Of a stretch of 64,000 bases of DNA, positions 12,702-23,274 are shown one piece after another. The DNA is from an uncultured Planctomycetota bacterium. Its GTDB lineage: Bacteria; Planctomycetota; Planctomycetia; Isosphaerales; Isosphaeraceae. A model generated the notes under the pieces. It searched no databases. It was not told the DNA's origin and saw only the letters and a list, made by a program, of their open reading frames with translations. The translations under genes were made by a program, and so were the position numbers. Where the stretch lies: positions 192,001-256,000 of the forward strand of contig CAWJTV010000019.1 of assembly GCA_963845755.1 (NCBI GenBank). The letters run 5' to 3'. Each line of letters opens with the position of its first letter. Within the stretch, counting starts at the first letter, position 1.

Positions 12702-13472
12702 CTACTTCGCTTCCCCGCGCCGACGTGCGGCCCGGGCCAACCGTCGCGCTTTCTTCTTTGTTTCCGTCAATAATCGCCGGATCCACGCCGACTCATCACT
12801 CGTATCTTCCTCAACGACCCAGTGCCAGATTTCCTCGGCGCGAACCGGTAGAAAGCTGCTCGAATCGACTGGCGCATAGGTCCCGGTTGACGTCAGCCGC
12901 TCGATGATGACCTGCTCTGCCTCGAAGCGCCAGACTTCGGCGACGCTCAGGGCGGCATAGATCCCGGCCCGGTCAACCTTGGGCGGGGAGATGTCCACCT
13001 CGATCGCCAGGTCGGGGTTGGGGTAGTCGGCGATGTTCGGCGAGCGCCGCAAGCGTGCCACGGTAGCCAGTTTTTCCGGCTGGAAGAAATAGCACTGGTC
13101 GGCCTCCAGGCCGCGTGAGATTTCGGGCCGTTTCCAGGTCGTCTGGGCCAATGCCCTGAAGGGTATTCCCATCGCGGCCGCAACCAGACTGACGAACTGC
13201 CCGAGATAATGCTTCACATCCTCGTGATCTGGACCGACCGCCATGACCTCGAGATCCTTCCCATCATAATCGACGTGGATGTTGCTCCCTTCCGGGATCG
13301 AGTCCACTAACTCTTCGTAGAAGGCCCAATCGACGCCATGGATCACCACGCGCTGCTCGGGGACCGCGGTCAACCAGCGGAGCACGTCGAACGAGGGAAC
13401 GCCCGCCGCGGCGCTCGGGATCTCGAGCGGCGGAGGGACCGTGAGGATCGTCGGGGTCATCGCCGTGCTCAT
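12702..13472 (-). CDS. Uma2 family (DUF820) protein, tandem paralog
   Basis: VDWAFYEEL...YDGKDLEVM...HE...GLEADQCYF...PDLAIEVDIS...YAALSVAEVWRF; GGAGGA RBS. Confidence 0.92.
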   Translation of the reverse strand: MSTAMTPTILTVPPPLEIPSAAAGVPSFDVLRWLTAVPEQRVVIHGVDWAFYEELVDSIPEGSNIHVDYDGKDLEVMAVGPDHEDVKHYLGQFVSLVAAAMGIPFRALAQTTWKRPEISRGLEADQCYFFQPEKLATVARLRRSPNIADYPNPDLAIEVDISPPKVDRAGIYAALSVAEVWRFEAEQVIIERLTSTGTYAPVDSSSFLPVRAEEIWHWVVEEDTSDESAWIRRLLTETKKKARRLARAARRRGEAK

Positions 13473-13574
13473 CAATCCTCCCTCGACGACTTCAGCCGGC
13501 GTCGGGAAGACCCGCGCCGAACGAGAACCGTCGCCATGCTGCCCTTTTCTCGCCTACTGCCTACTGCCTACGGT

Positions 13575-15954
13575 TCAAAGCTTATCCGAGAAATCCTGCC
13601 GGATCGTCAACGACTTGATCCGTTGATTGGTGGGATCGACGACCCGGATCTGGATCTGGATCCCGCGGAGCGGCGCCGAGTACGGCGGCGGATACGATGG
13701 ATAGAGCGGCGGCGCAAACGGGTAGCCTTGCGGAAACCCGCCGTTCAGGCTGGCGACGCCGGTCCTCGGCGCCACGCTGTAATCGGTTAACCAGGAATCC
13801 CACACCCGCCGGAGACGCACGATCCCGTTCGAGTTGTCGCCGACATTGCCGTTGTTATAATTTCCGCCGTTGGCCACGAGAAACGGGCTGAGGACTCCCA
13901 GATAATTCGCCGCCACGCCCGACTGGGCGTCATAGACATTGTCGTTGATCAGGGGCGGCATCCGTCCCTCGTGGGCGAACGTCTGGCCGAGCGTGTTGTA
14001 AATGACGGTCGTGGGATTCGTCTGGGGATTGGCGGGCGGCCAGGCGAACAGCGACGGCGTGCCCGCCAACGGCGTGTTGGACGTGCCGGCGAGGAACAGG
14101 GACGTCGGACGGACCGTGGTCGGATTGAAGTTGCCGATATTGAGGTTGTACGGACCCCCCGTCACGTTCTGATAAGGGAGGTACATCCGGAGATCATCGC
14201 CCCACCCCAGGTCGGCATACGAGCCCAGGCACGGCTCGAACGCCTTGACGTCGAAGCTCCGCACGCCCGTCATGATCAGGTCGTCTTCCCACGTCTGGGA
14301 CCAGAGCGGCATGTTCAGGTTCCCGTTGTTCGGATTCGTGAGGAAGACGGAAAAAATCCCTTGTCCGTCGCAGTAAAGCTGGTCCGTGTTTCGAAGCCAT
14401 GGGACATTGACCGTGCTCGCGCCGGCGTTCCAACTGGAAATCATCGGCGGGAGCAAGTTCTTGAGCACATTATTCGGATTCGCGAGATTGACGGTACCAC
14501 CAGTGACGTTGAGCAAGGCGTAGGTCAATCCCGCGGGCGGCTGAGGCGACACGGCTCCGCCGTTACTGGCCAGCCGGACCGGCCCGACATTCACCTGCAC
14601 GGTCGGATCGGTCCAGTTGGGCGAGAGGGTCTCGCGCCACGTGGGGAAGCCCCACCAGGTCTGGAGCGGCTGAATCTGGGCCGTCTCGTTCGTGGGTAGG
14701 GGATTGACCGGGGTGGGCAGGTTGTCGCCCAGATCCAGCGGGTTATGGTTCAGGGCATTCAGGTACGTCAGGCCGCCCGTGTCGAACTGGACCAACTGTC
14801 CGCTGGCATTGGCATAGGGCCCAGGCGCGTGAATCCAGCCGTACTGGTCGGCCGAGATAGCTTGCGCCCGGGAATAGGCGCCCGGGAACACGTAGGGAAA
14901 GGCCAGGAAGTTGACCCCATTGGCCCCGGGCGCTGTTGAGGATCTGCTGGACCCCCGTCTGGTAAGTGGGACTGGATGAGGGTGAGTTGATCAGATACGG
15001 TCCTGTGGTCGTGGTGAAGAGATTCGGATACAACGACGTGTAGAGGTCCGGGATGTTGTCGCTGTTGACGTCGTCGGGGATACCATCGGGCCGACTGGTC
15101 GAGGTATTCACGTCCAGGAAATCATTGGCATACCGCGGGTAAAAGGCCCGGTTCTCGCGGTTGGTCAGGTTGCCCAGCGTGTTCAACAGGATCGTCGTCT
15201 GGGCCTGCGAGGCCAGCGTCGGGGTCGTGTTGAGGTTCGGCCCGCTGGGGGCCGGATGCGCCGAGAGGTCGTTCACGCCCTGCCAGCTCACGACGGGACC
15301 GTTGTTGGCCGGCCCGCCGAAGATCGTCGGCTGGAAGTTGGTCTGGACGAGATTCCCGTTGACGGTGGTGAAACCGGTGTTGGCGATCGTCGGCACGATC
15401 GCCGACTGGAGCTGGGGCGCGACCAGCAGGACGCGGCGATACAGGTTCCCGTTGCGGAGGAAATAGATGATCTCGGCGTAGTCGCTGGTCACCGTGACCG
15501 GGAAGCTCGCGAAGTTCGAGAAAGGCGTGGTCTGACTCGCCCCGAAGATCTGATTCGTATTGGCGTTGAACCAGGGATTGACCCACATCCGCCCGGTGAA
15601 CGGCCGGCCCCCCGGCGCCTTGGCGGTGAACCGGATGTAGTCGTCGCAGTCCTCGCCCTGATTGTCGGCGAACTCGTTTTCGCCGTACTCGAAATAGCCG
15701 AGGTTCAGGGTGGGGTCCAGCGGCGGCGTGAACCGGGCCGTGACGCCCTCGAGGTCGGCGCGGATGATGCCGTCGATCCGGCGGAGCTGGTCGTCCAGTT
15801 GCTGGTACGCCTGGGCCGCCGAGACGGCGCCGGTCGCCGCCTGGAAGATCTGGACCAGGATCGTCATGATGATCACCAGCACGGCGACGGTGACCAGCAT
15901 CTCGACCAGGGTCACGCCTCTTCGACGATTCTTGGTCCTCGGCCCTTGGCGCAT
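13575..15954 (-). CDS. Large PilW/GspJ-like minor pilin; frameshift near 14900
   Basis: RRRG|VTLVEMLVTVAVLVIIMTILVQIF; AEIIYFLRNGNLYRRVLLV; EDDLIMTGVRSFDVKA; C-terminal LRGIQIQIRVVDP. Confidence 0.8.
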
Positions 15955-16028
15955 CGGAATGTGGTCTTCGGTCGTTAGCGAGCATCATTGCGCTCCCGTT
16001 CATTCGATCCACGCAGGAGGGAGAGTGA

Positions 16029-16139
16029 TAGTCTGTTCCGGAAATCCGGTCCCGGGCGAGCGGGGGGCGTCAGCCCCCTGTCTTCTCGGGTTCCGGACAG
16101 GGGGCTGACGCCCCCCGCTCGCCTTTTCGGAACAGACTC
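16029..16139. mobile_element. MITE copy 3: same TIRs, different interior
   Basis: TAGTCTGTTCC...GGAACAGACTC, TGA duplicated at 16026-16028 and 16140-16142; interior is the hairpin GGCGAGCGGGGGGCGTCAGCCCCCTGTC...GACAGGGGGCTGACGCCCCCCGCTCGCC. Confidence 0.8.
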
Positions 16140-16220
16140 TGAGTGCCGAGACACGGAGATTGGAGACCGCCTCTTCACGCCCCGAAGGGGCCGCAACAGA
16201 CAGCACGACTCAGGGCCGAT

Positions 16221-16328
16221 GCGAGGAACCCCCCGGAACCCCCCCTTCGTAAGGGGGGGAGAGGAAAGGAGCCAATCCGCCTCAATGGTCCCCCCCTTAC
16301 GAAGGGGGGGTTCCGGGGGGTTCCTCGC
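16221..16328. repeat. 40-bp inverted repeat element with CCCCCTTCGTAAGGGGGG core
   Basis: Arms 16221-16260 and 16289-16328; related copies at ~18131-18200 and ~19811-19960. Confidence 0.9.
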
Positions 16329-16528
16329 GAGAGAGCTTCGAGTGTGTGCAACCCAACTGAGAAGATCCCGTCCCGGGGCGTTGCCCCGGCTGATCGGTTC
16401 TGGCCCCTTCGGGGCAGGAATTCGACACAACTGGCACCACATCACACGTTCGCTTTCCCTGAGACGAGGATTCATTGAACTTCCACGCGTCCCTCTTATC
16501 TCTGATCATCCGCCAGACACACAAATCC

Positions 16529-18263
16529 CTACGGAACCGTCCCGAATGGCGACTGTCCCCCGTTGCTTGACGAACGAACAAAGAACGTTTGCGGGATGAC
16601 ATTGATGACGTTGGGGGCGATCAGGGCCGCATTGAGGTAGACCGGCAGCGGGCCGTTGGTGCCCGGCATCAAGACGGTCCGCGACACCAGGGACTGATTG
16701 ACATACACGATCATGGAACGATGGCCGCTGACGGTGGCATCGGGGATCGCGCTGGTGATCTTCTGGATCTGGTACCAGTAGCAGCGCTGGGGCGGCGTGT
16801 TATCCCACTCGAAGTTGTTGGCCGGATTGGGATACCCGGCCGGGGCCCCGTTGACCGCGTTGAGGAACCGCCCTGTGCCTGCCGTCGGGTTGTAGACCAC
16901 GAGCTGCTGTCGTTCATAGGTCACGTCGGCGATCCAGTCGCCCACGCGGACGACCGGGTCGGGGATACTGTCGGGCCAGCGGAGCAGCACGGTGCGATCG
17001 GCGGCGGAGCCGTAGCCCGGCCCGCCACTGGGCACGATCGTGTTGCTGTAGCCGAAGATCGCCTCGACGACCGTCTCCCCCTCGACCTGGTAGGACTGGA
17101 ACGATCCGCCTGGCGGATACGGCACGCTGGCCGGAACCTGGATGCCGAACGGCCGGTTCTCCCAGATCACGATATTGCCGTCGTAACACGAGGCATTGCC
17201 CGCGTTGGTCAATTGCCCGGTGAACATCCAGGAGTACCGCCAGAGGAGCGAGATCGAGCCCCCGGCGTTCTGATTCACACTCCCCGCGGGGGGACTCAGG
17301 TCGGGGAGCACCGGGCTGGGGCCGGTGACGGCGACCCCATAGTTGGTGGCCCCCTGTCCGTTGAGCGTGTAGGTGTTGTTCTGCGGGTCCTGCCAGACCA
17401 TGTCCTCCTGGGAGACGAAGACGTTCGGCACGGAGGACGCCATCGGCATGACCGGGATCTGCACGCCCGAGCTCATGATATACGGGCGGTTGAAGTTGGT
17501 GATCCGCTGCAAGCCGTGGGCGCTGGGGACGCCTCGGCCATCGGGGTCGGGCCGCATGTAGCCGATCCCGGAGCCGAACCGGGCCTCGTAGGTATCGCCC
17601 ATGTAGTAGCCCGGGGTGCTGTTGACGGTGCTGATCGTCTGGTACCGCCAGAGCGGGTCGTACGCGAACGGCAGGCCGGGACCAGAGCCAGGATAGCTTG
17701 TGGTACTCAGGGGATTCGGGAGCGACCCGGACTTGTTCCAGGCACCGGGATTGTTCGCATCGAACGGATCATCGCCGTAGAAGGCGGTGTCCTGGTACAG
17801 CGGGTTGTAGCTGGGGCCGCTATTATTGCTCACCAGGTACGGCGAGGAGTACCACGGCGTCAGCGGGAAGCCCAGTGCGGCGAACCGGTAGTTGAGGTTC
17901 TCGGCGTACTGGAACGAAGGGCCGTAGAACAGGCCGCGCGAGGACATGTCCGCGGCCGCGGTCTGGAGCAAGAGCGACGAGCGCGTGTAGCGCGTCGCGT
18001 CGCGGAGCCGCAGCAACCCGATCGGGAACAAGGTCGCCAGCGAGACCAGGCCGATGCCCAGGATCATGATGGCGATCAGGATCTCGGTCAGCGTGATGCC
18101 CCGGCGATGGCACGAGCGTCGCTGTAGCGATCCGTAAGAGGGGGACAACCGAGGCGCACCCCTTCCCCCCCTTACGAAGGGGGGGCCAGGGGGAGTTCCG
18201 CAGCCCGTAAGCAACCCCGCCGCAAACCCGACTATTCATGACGTCGGTCGCCATTACGATCAT
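16529..18263 (-). CDS. Large PilV/GspI-like minor pilin; probable frameshift in the repeat-containing leader
   Basis: RRG|ITLTEILIAIMILGIGLVSLATLFPIGLLR; ATG 18263 overlaps the upstream TGA (ATGA). Confidence 0.8.
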
Positions 18264-19979
18264 GGGTTCCCCCCTTGTACGCCCTGTTGCGCCTGGGTAT
18301 AGGGCCAGTTGGGACTGTAGTTTGCCAGCGGGGTGGAGGACCCCTCCGGGTTATTGGTGAACCCGCCCGCGTTGAAATTGAACAGGAACGGCATGTTCGA
18401 GTGAGAGAGGATCTGTCCCGTCCGCGTGAACAGCGTAACCAGCGCGTATTCTCCCTTGAGCTCCTGACCGTCGAAACGCGCGGGCGCAGGCCCTGGGGCA
18501 CCGGCAAGTAGGGATTGGAGTTCTGAGCCTGGCTCGGCGTGGCCAGGTCGCCCCGCTCAGCCAGCCAGAGGTGTACGAACGCCGCCCCCAGATTGAACGA
18601 CGACGGGCTCGAATAGACCGTCGTCGGCAGCACGGTCCCGTCCGGGTTGAGCACGATGTCCACGTAGCCGGTATGCTTGAAGTGAAGATCGACCATCCCC
18701 GCCGCCAGGCGGGATCGTTCGTTTCGAAGGGGGCACGGTCTGGTTGTTCGCGTTCAGGAACGACCCCCAGCCGGTCAGGTCGACCACGACCCCCGTCGGC
18801 AGGGCGATCTCTCGGGAGTTGGGCGACGGTGCCGGCCGACGCTTGATGGTATAAACCTGGTTCGTAAGCGGAGTCGTGAACAGGCTGTTCTGGCCGCGCC
18901 CAGCAATTGCTCGGGCTCCCACTCTGTGACGAACTGGCCGTTAATGACCGCGTTCTCGTCGACGAAGCCATTGCCGTTGTTGTCCACGCCATCCCAGCCC
19001 TCGTCGATCCAGCCGTTGTCGTTGTCATCCTGGCTGTTGACGAGGAAGAGGAAATCGGGCTGATAGCGCGTCTGGCAAGCGCCGGCGGGGCCGTTGTACT
19101 GCGCGATCAGCGGAGAGAGGATCCCGGGCGGCCCGACATTCACGAACATCTCGGGGTTGCTGTAGAACGTCCCGTTGATGGTCGTCCCGGCCGGCGATAT
19201 GGCCATGGGACCCACGACGGTATACCACGGACCGGAGTTGTTGATCTGGATCTTGTCGCCCACCCGGATGTTCCAGAACCAGTTCGTTGGTGGGTTAGGC
19301 ATCGGTGGGCAGGTCCCCGGCGCGAAGGTGGTCTCCTGGACCATGAGGACGTTGGCGAGCGGATAGGTTCCTCCTCCATCGCCGGGATAGGCCAGCGGGG
19401 TCGGCGAACCGGCCTGCGCCTGGAAAATGGCCCCGGTGAGCAGCCCTTCACGTCCAGGAATCCCTCCGTATACTCGGGCGCCGGGTCGATGGGGATGATC
19501 CGGTTGGCGGCGAGGATCTGCGAGGCGTCCACCTGGCCGTAGTACGGGCTCGTGTTGTTGGTGACATACGTCAAATAGGTCGGGTCGGGCAGCAAGCGGA
19601 TCCCGCTGGGCAAGTTGGTACTGATGGCCTTGTCGTGCGCACCGACCAGCATACCCTGAACGAGCCGCTCGGCCTCCGAGACCTCGCGATGGGCCAGCGC
19701 CGGCAGGACCGTCGGCAGCGCCACGGCGCTGACGATCAGGATGATCAGGATCACGACCAGGAGCTCGATGAGGGTGAAACCCCTTCTTGGATCGCTTATC
19801 GATCGAGTCGAGCACGCCTCGGGGCCGATGCGAACATACCCCCCCTGGCCCCCGCTTCGTAAGGGGGGGAAACTGAGGAGGACTGGCCCATATTCCTTTC
19901 CCCCCCTTACGAAGCGGGGGCCAGGGGGGGTTCCCCACGCGTGCCAAAGCCAACTGTGAACCGCCCTGGCGAGAATCAT
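18260..19979 (-). CDS. Large FimT/GspH-like pilin; several frameshifts
   Basis: [31 protein letters not shown]...SEAERLVQGMLVGAHDKAI...GIRL; ATG 19979 overlaps the upstream stop. Confidence 0.75.
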
Positions 19980-21547
19980 CCCGAACCTCCGATCGCGACG
20001 GTCGTCTGCAAGTTCTGGTTGCTGATATCGTCCTGGGCCGCCTGGAGCAGGTCGTAGCTGGTCGGATTGGTCGGGTCGGTCCCCGGGTTGTAGCCGACCG
20101 TCGTGCTCTGGATCGAGGCGTGCTGGGTGAAATCGGCCACGTCGTTGATGGAAAAGGGCATGGCGTTGTTCTCGTTGGCGATCAGCGCGAAGGCGGCACT
20201 CGACCCGAAAGCCTTCATCGCGGCGTCGGAGTAGAGGAAGACCCCGAACTGTTGATTCAGCCCCGAGGAGACGATCAGGAATTTGGAGTAGTACGCCCGG
20301 CGCCCGCCATAGGCCGTCCCGCGGTCCCAGAACGTGGTCCCACCCGGGGTCGGGTAAGGCTCGGTCAGGCGGTGGAAGAAATACTCGAAGGCCTGGACGC
20401 CGCCGCTGCCACCGGCCTGGCTCGCCGTCCCGGGGAATGCGAAGACGGCCGTGTTGAAGGCGTTGTTGTAGGAGCTCGACCACCAGGCCGGCAGCATCAG
20501 TTGCTGGTTCTGATCGAGCGGGTTTTGCTCGCGCTCCTGGAACGCGGTCAGATAAGGGGGGGCCATGGTCCAGGCGTTCTCGCTGTTGGCGATGATCGTC
20601 TGCCCGCGCTGGATGTCGGAGTGATACAGGAGCGGCCACCGGAAGAACTGGAGCGGCTGGCCCCAGGCGTCGACGAACTCGGGCAGGCCGTCGTCGTCGG
20701 TATCCTGGACCTCCCGGTCGGTGAAGTCGTCGGGATTGTAGATCGCACCCAGCGGGCCCCGGCCTTCGACCAGGATGGCGTAGAGCATCTCCGAACGCGC
20801 CGTGTTGTGCGTGTGGTTCGTCAGGTTCGCCACGACCTGGGCCTGATTCGTGGTGGTGACGCCCTCGGCCCACTCGTCGATCAGGCCGTTGCCATTGTTG
20901 TCGATCATGTCGTAGCCCTGGGGCAGGTAGCCCAGGTTCTTGTAAAGCCCCGCCGCCGCCGGATAAGAGGCACCGAAGATACCGGTCCCCTGGGGAATGT
21001 AGGGATTGCCCGACTGGGGCCCGAGGATCGCGTTCCCCGTCGGGAGGACGTAGCCGGCGACAGCGTCAAGCTGGCTGTATCCCGTGGAGCCGCCCAGCGG
21101 CTGGCCCGGGAACGGGTTGGCCGCGAAGTTGATCGGGTAGGGGCCCGTCGCGTTCTGCACGAAGAAGACGTCGGGCAACTCACTCTTGATATAGTCATAC
21201 CAGGCGATGACTTCAGCACGCGTGGGGCCCAGGATCGCCCCATTATTCGGGAGGGTGGACTGCCCGTAGACGCTGCTGTTATAGATATTCGACATCGCGA
21301 GATGTGCCAGGTCGTAATCGGGCCGGGTCAGGAGCAGGGCCTCGATCCGGTCGTTGAGCCCGGTCTCCAGCTTGGTGATGAGACTCTGGGTCGCCCGCTC
21401 CTCCGCCCGGCGGCGGGCCTCCATCGACGCGTTGATGATGAAGCCGACGATGATCGAAATGATCACCATCACGACCATCAATTCGACCAGGGTGAACCCA
21501 TCGGGGATCCGGGATTTGGGATTTCGGATTCGGGCTTGGTTTCGCAT
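19976..21547 (-). CDS. Prepilin-type N-methylation domain protein (523 aa)
   Basis: G|FTLVELMVVMVIISIIVGFII; GspG-like DAWGQPL and IVSSG motifs. Confidence 0.88.
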   Translation of the reverse strand: MRNQARIRNPKSRIPDGFTLVELMVVMVIISIIVGFIINASMEARRRAEERATQSLITKLETGLNDRIEALLLTRPDYDLAHLAMSNIYNSSVYGQSTLPNNGAILGPTRAEVIAWYDYIKSELPDVFFVQNATGPYPINFAANPFPGQPLGGSTGYSQLDAVAGYVLPTGNAILGPQSGNPYIPQGTGIFGASYPAAAGLYKNLGYLPQGYDMIDNNGNGLIDEWAEGVTTTNQAQVVANLTNHTHNTARSEMLYAILVEGRGPLGAIYNPDDFTDREVQDTDDDGLPEFVDAWGQPLQFFRWPLLYHSDIQRGQTIIANSENAWTMAPPYLTAFQEREQNPLDQNQQLMLPAWWSSSYNNAFNTAVFAFPGTASQAGGSGGVQAFEYFFHRLTEPYPTPGGTTFWDRGTAYGGRRAYYSKFLIVSSGLNQQFGVFLYSDAAMKAFGSSAAFALIANENNAMPFSINDVADFTQHASIQSTTVGYNPGTDPTNPTSYDLLQAAQDDISNQNLQTTVAIGGSG

Positions 21548-21723
21548 GGCGGCCTACCGTCGAGAGTGGTGATCAGTCGGGTCTCGATCGTGGGATTTCC
21601 GGTTGTTCGATCGACCTCACGGACAATCCCAAATCGAAAACCCAAAATCCCAAATAATTAAGTGCATTCTTCGATCGGGGCCGGCGCCCGCCGCCCTCAC
21701 CGGGCGGCCACGGGCGGGCCTGC

Positions 21724-21786
21724 GTAGGTCAGGCCTTCCATCGGGCCTGACAGTTATGTCTCGCCAGGCCGGAAAGCCTGACCTGC
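21724..21786. repeat. GTAG-type REP doublet (GTAGGTCAGGC family)
   Basis: GTAGGTCAGGC...GCCTGACCTGC; relatives at 46918 and 57056. Confidence 0.75.
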
Positions 21787-21807
21787 CGACTTGCCGGAGT
21801 CTTACGA

Positions 21808-23049
21808 CTACCGGAGTGCCGATGCCTTGAAATTGCTCAGATTATCGTACTCCCGCTGCCGGATGCTGGCGTCGCCCAGCGGGTTTCCGGTCGAGGCGTT
21901 GATCGTATTATTAGGGTCCACCGGCAGCGGGACGGTGGTCGACTGCGTCGATTGCTGATACTGGCCGCCGACCCCGTACAGACCGTCGATCCCCGCGGAG
22001 ATAATCTGGAAGGTCTGCGGCTTCTGATAGGTGACCGTCCCGGTGGTAGCCGGGGCCGTCAGCGTGCTCGTGTACGGATTGGGCGACGGCGAGATGGAGA
22101 CATACGGGGTCGTGGCGCTGCCGTACGTCAAGAAACCCACGTAGTACTGGAGCGCGGTGATTCCCGTGCCGGTCACCGCATCGGTCTCGACGAAGTTCAC
22201 GTCGTTGGGGTCGTAGTTCCCCCTGCCGTAGGCGCTGAAGTAGGCGTAGAAGTTGACGGGACCCGAGCCGGTACCGGCCCCGGTCGGCGGACCGTTGTTG
22301 AGCGTGTCGTAATAGGCCGGGATGCCGGGGTTGATCCCGGCGGGGCCATTCAGGGTCGTGTTCGTGGGATCCAGGAACAGCCGGCCGGCATTGAACTCGA
22401 AGGTCGATTGCTGACGGTTGGCGTTGTACATCGGGTTGTTGACGATGCTATTGCTGAACGGGTTGACCGGGTCCCTGCCGAAGCCCGTCATGCCGTAACC
22501 GCCGGAGCTCGAATCGAAGAGCGGGATGCCGCCCAGGAAGAAGACCAGGCACTCGTGTCCGTGGAGGATATAGGCACCATCCAGGGTGCCGTTGCCGTTG
22601 AAGTCGTACCAGTAAGTGTTACTGAGGTTCGGCGGCGAGGACCCGTTGGTGCTCAACTGGACCTTGGGCCAGAATCTCCGGAGGGCGGTCAGCGTCCGCG
22701 AGGCGAGCTGACCGACCGTGATGTCGTGTGTGCCCGGCGAGGTCGGGTCGATGGAGCTGAGCGGTAACGTATTCCCGACGTAGGGCGTGTAGTTCCCGTT
22801 CTCGACCAGCAGCACGCGGCTCGGGGGATAGTCCCCGTACGTGCTCTTGAAACTCTCCAGCGCCTGGGCGAACTGGGTGATCTCGGCCAGGACCTGGGCC
22901 TGCCTGGCGCTCTTGACAGCGCCGAAGATCGCCGGCAGCAAGAGCGCGATCAGGATCCCCAGCACGACGATGACGATCAGGAGCTCGACGAGGGTGAAGC
23001 CTCGTGGTCCTCGGTCCCGGGTCCCGGGTTGCTTGGCGTCGAACCTCAT
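21808..23049 (-). CDS. Prepilin / pseudopilin GspG-like protein (413 aa)
   Basis: RG|FTLVELLIVIVVLGILIALLLPAI...ALESFKSTYGDYPP; FQIISAGIDGLYG; DNLSNF. Confidence 0.9.
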   Translation of the reverse strand: MRFDAKQPGTRDRGPRGFTLVELLIVIVVLGILIALLLPAIFGAVKSARQAQVLAEITQFAQALESFKSTYGDYPPSRVLLVENGNYTPYVGNTLPLSSIDPTSPGTHDITVGQLASRTLTALRRFWPKVQLSTNGSSPPNLSNTYWYDFNGNGTLDGAYILHGHECLVFFLGGIPLFDSSSGGYGMTGFGRDPVNPFSNSIVNNPMYNANRQQSTFEFNAGRLFLDPTNTTLNGPAGINPGIPAYYDTLNNGPPTGAGTGSGPVNFYAYFSAYGRGNYDPNDVNFVETDAVTGTGITALQYYVGFLTYGSATTPYVSISPSPNPYTSTLTAPATTGTVTYQKPQTFQIISAGIDGLYGVGGQYQQSTQSTTVPLPVDPNNTINASTGNPLGDASIRQREYDNLSNFKASALR

Positions 23050-23274
23050 TGGTCATGTCTCCACTCTTCTTCGATGCCGCGTTGTGGCGAGGTCCCGCTC
23101 CGGAAGACCAGGGCGGTTCGCGAACGGGTTGTATGCAAACCACCACAGGTACGAATATTGAAATATCTTATTTATATTATTAGCGCCGATGCATTTAGTG
23201 TACGGATGCTTCACCTGTTATCCCACCTGTTCTCTGGCGGACAACTCCGGAGCGCGAGGCGCGCCGGAGGCGCC

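Noticed and set aside
15975..16602. ORFs in the spacer between the PilV-like and PilW-like genes
   Set aside because: Translations of GC-rich palindromic repeats with no protein-like features
23120..23200. Sigma-54 promoter upstream of the first pilin
   Set aside because: TTGC is present but there is no GG at -24; only an AT-rich tract is supported
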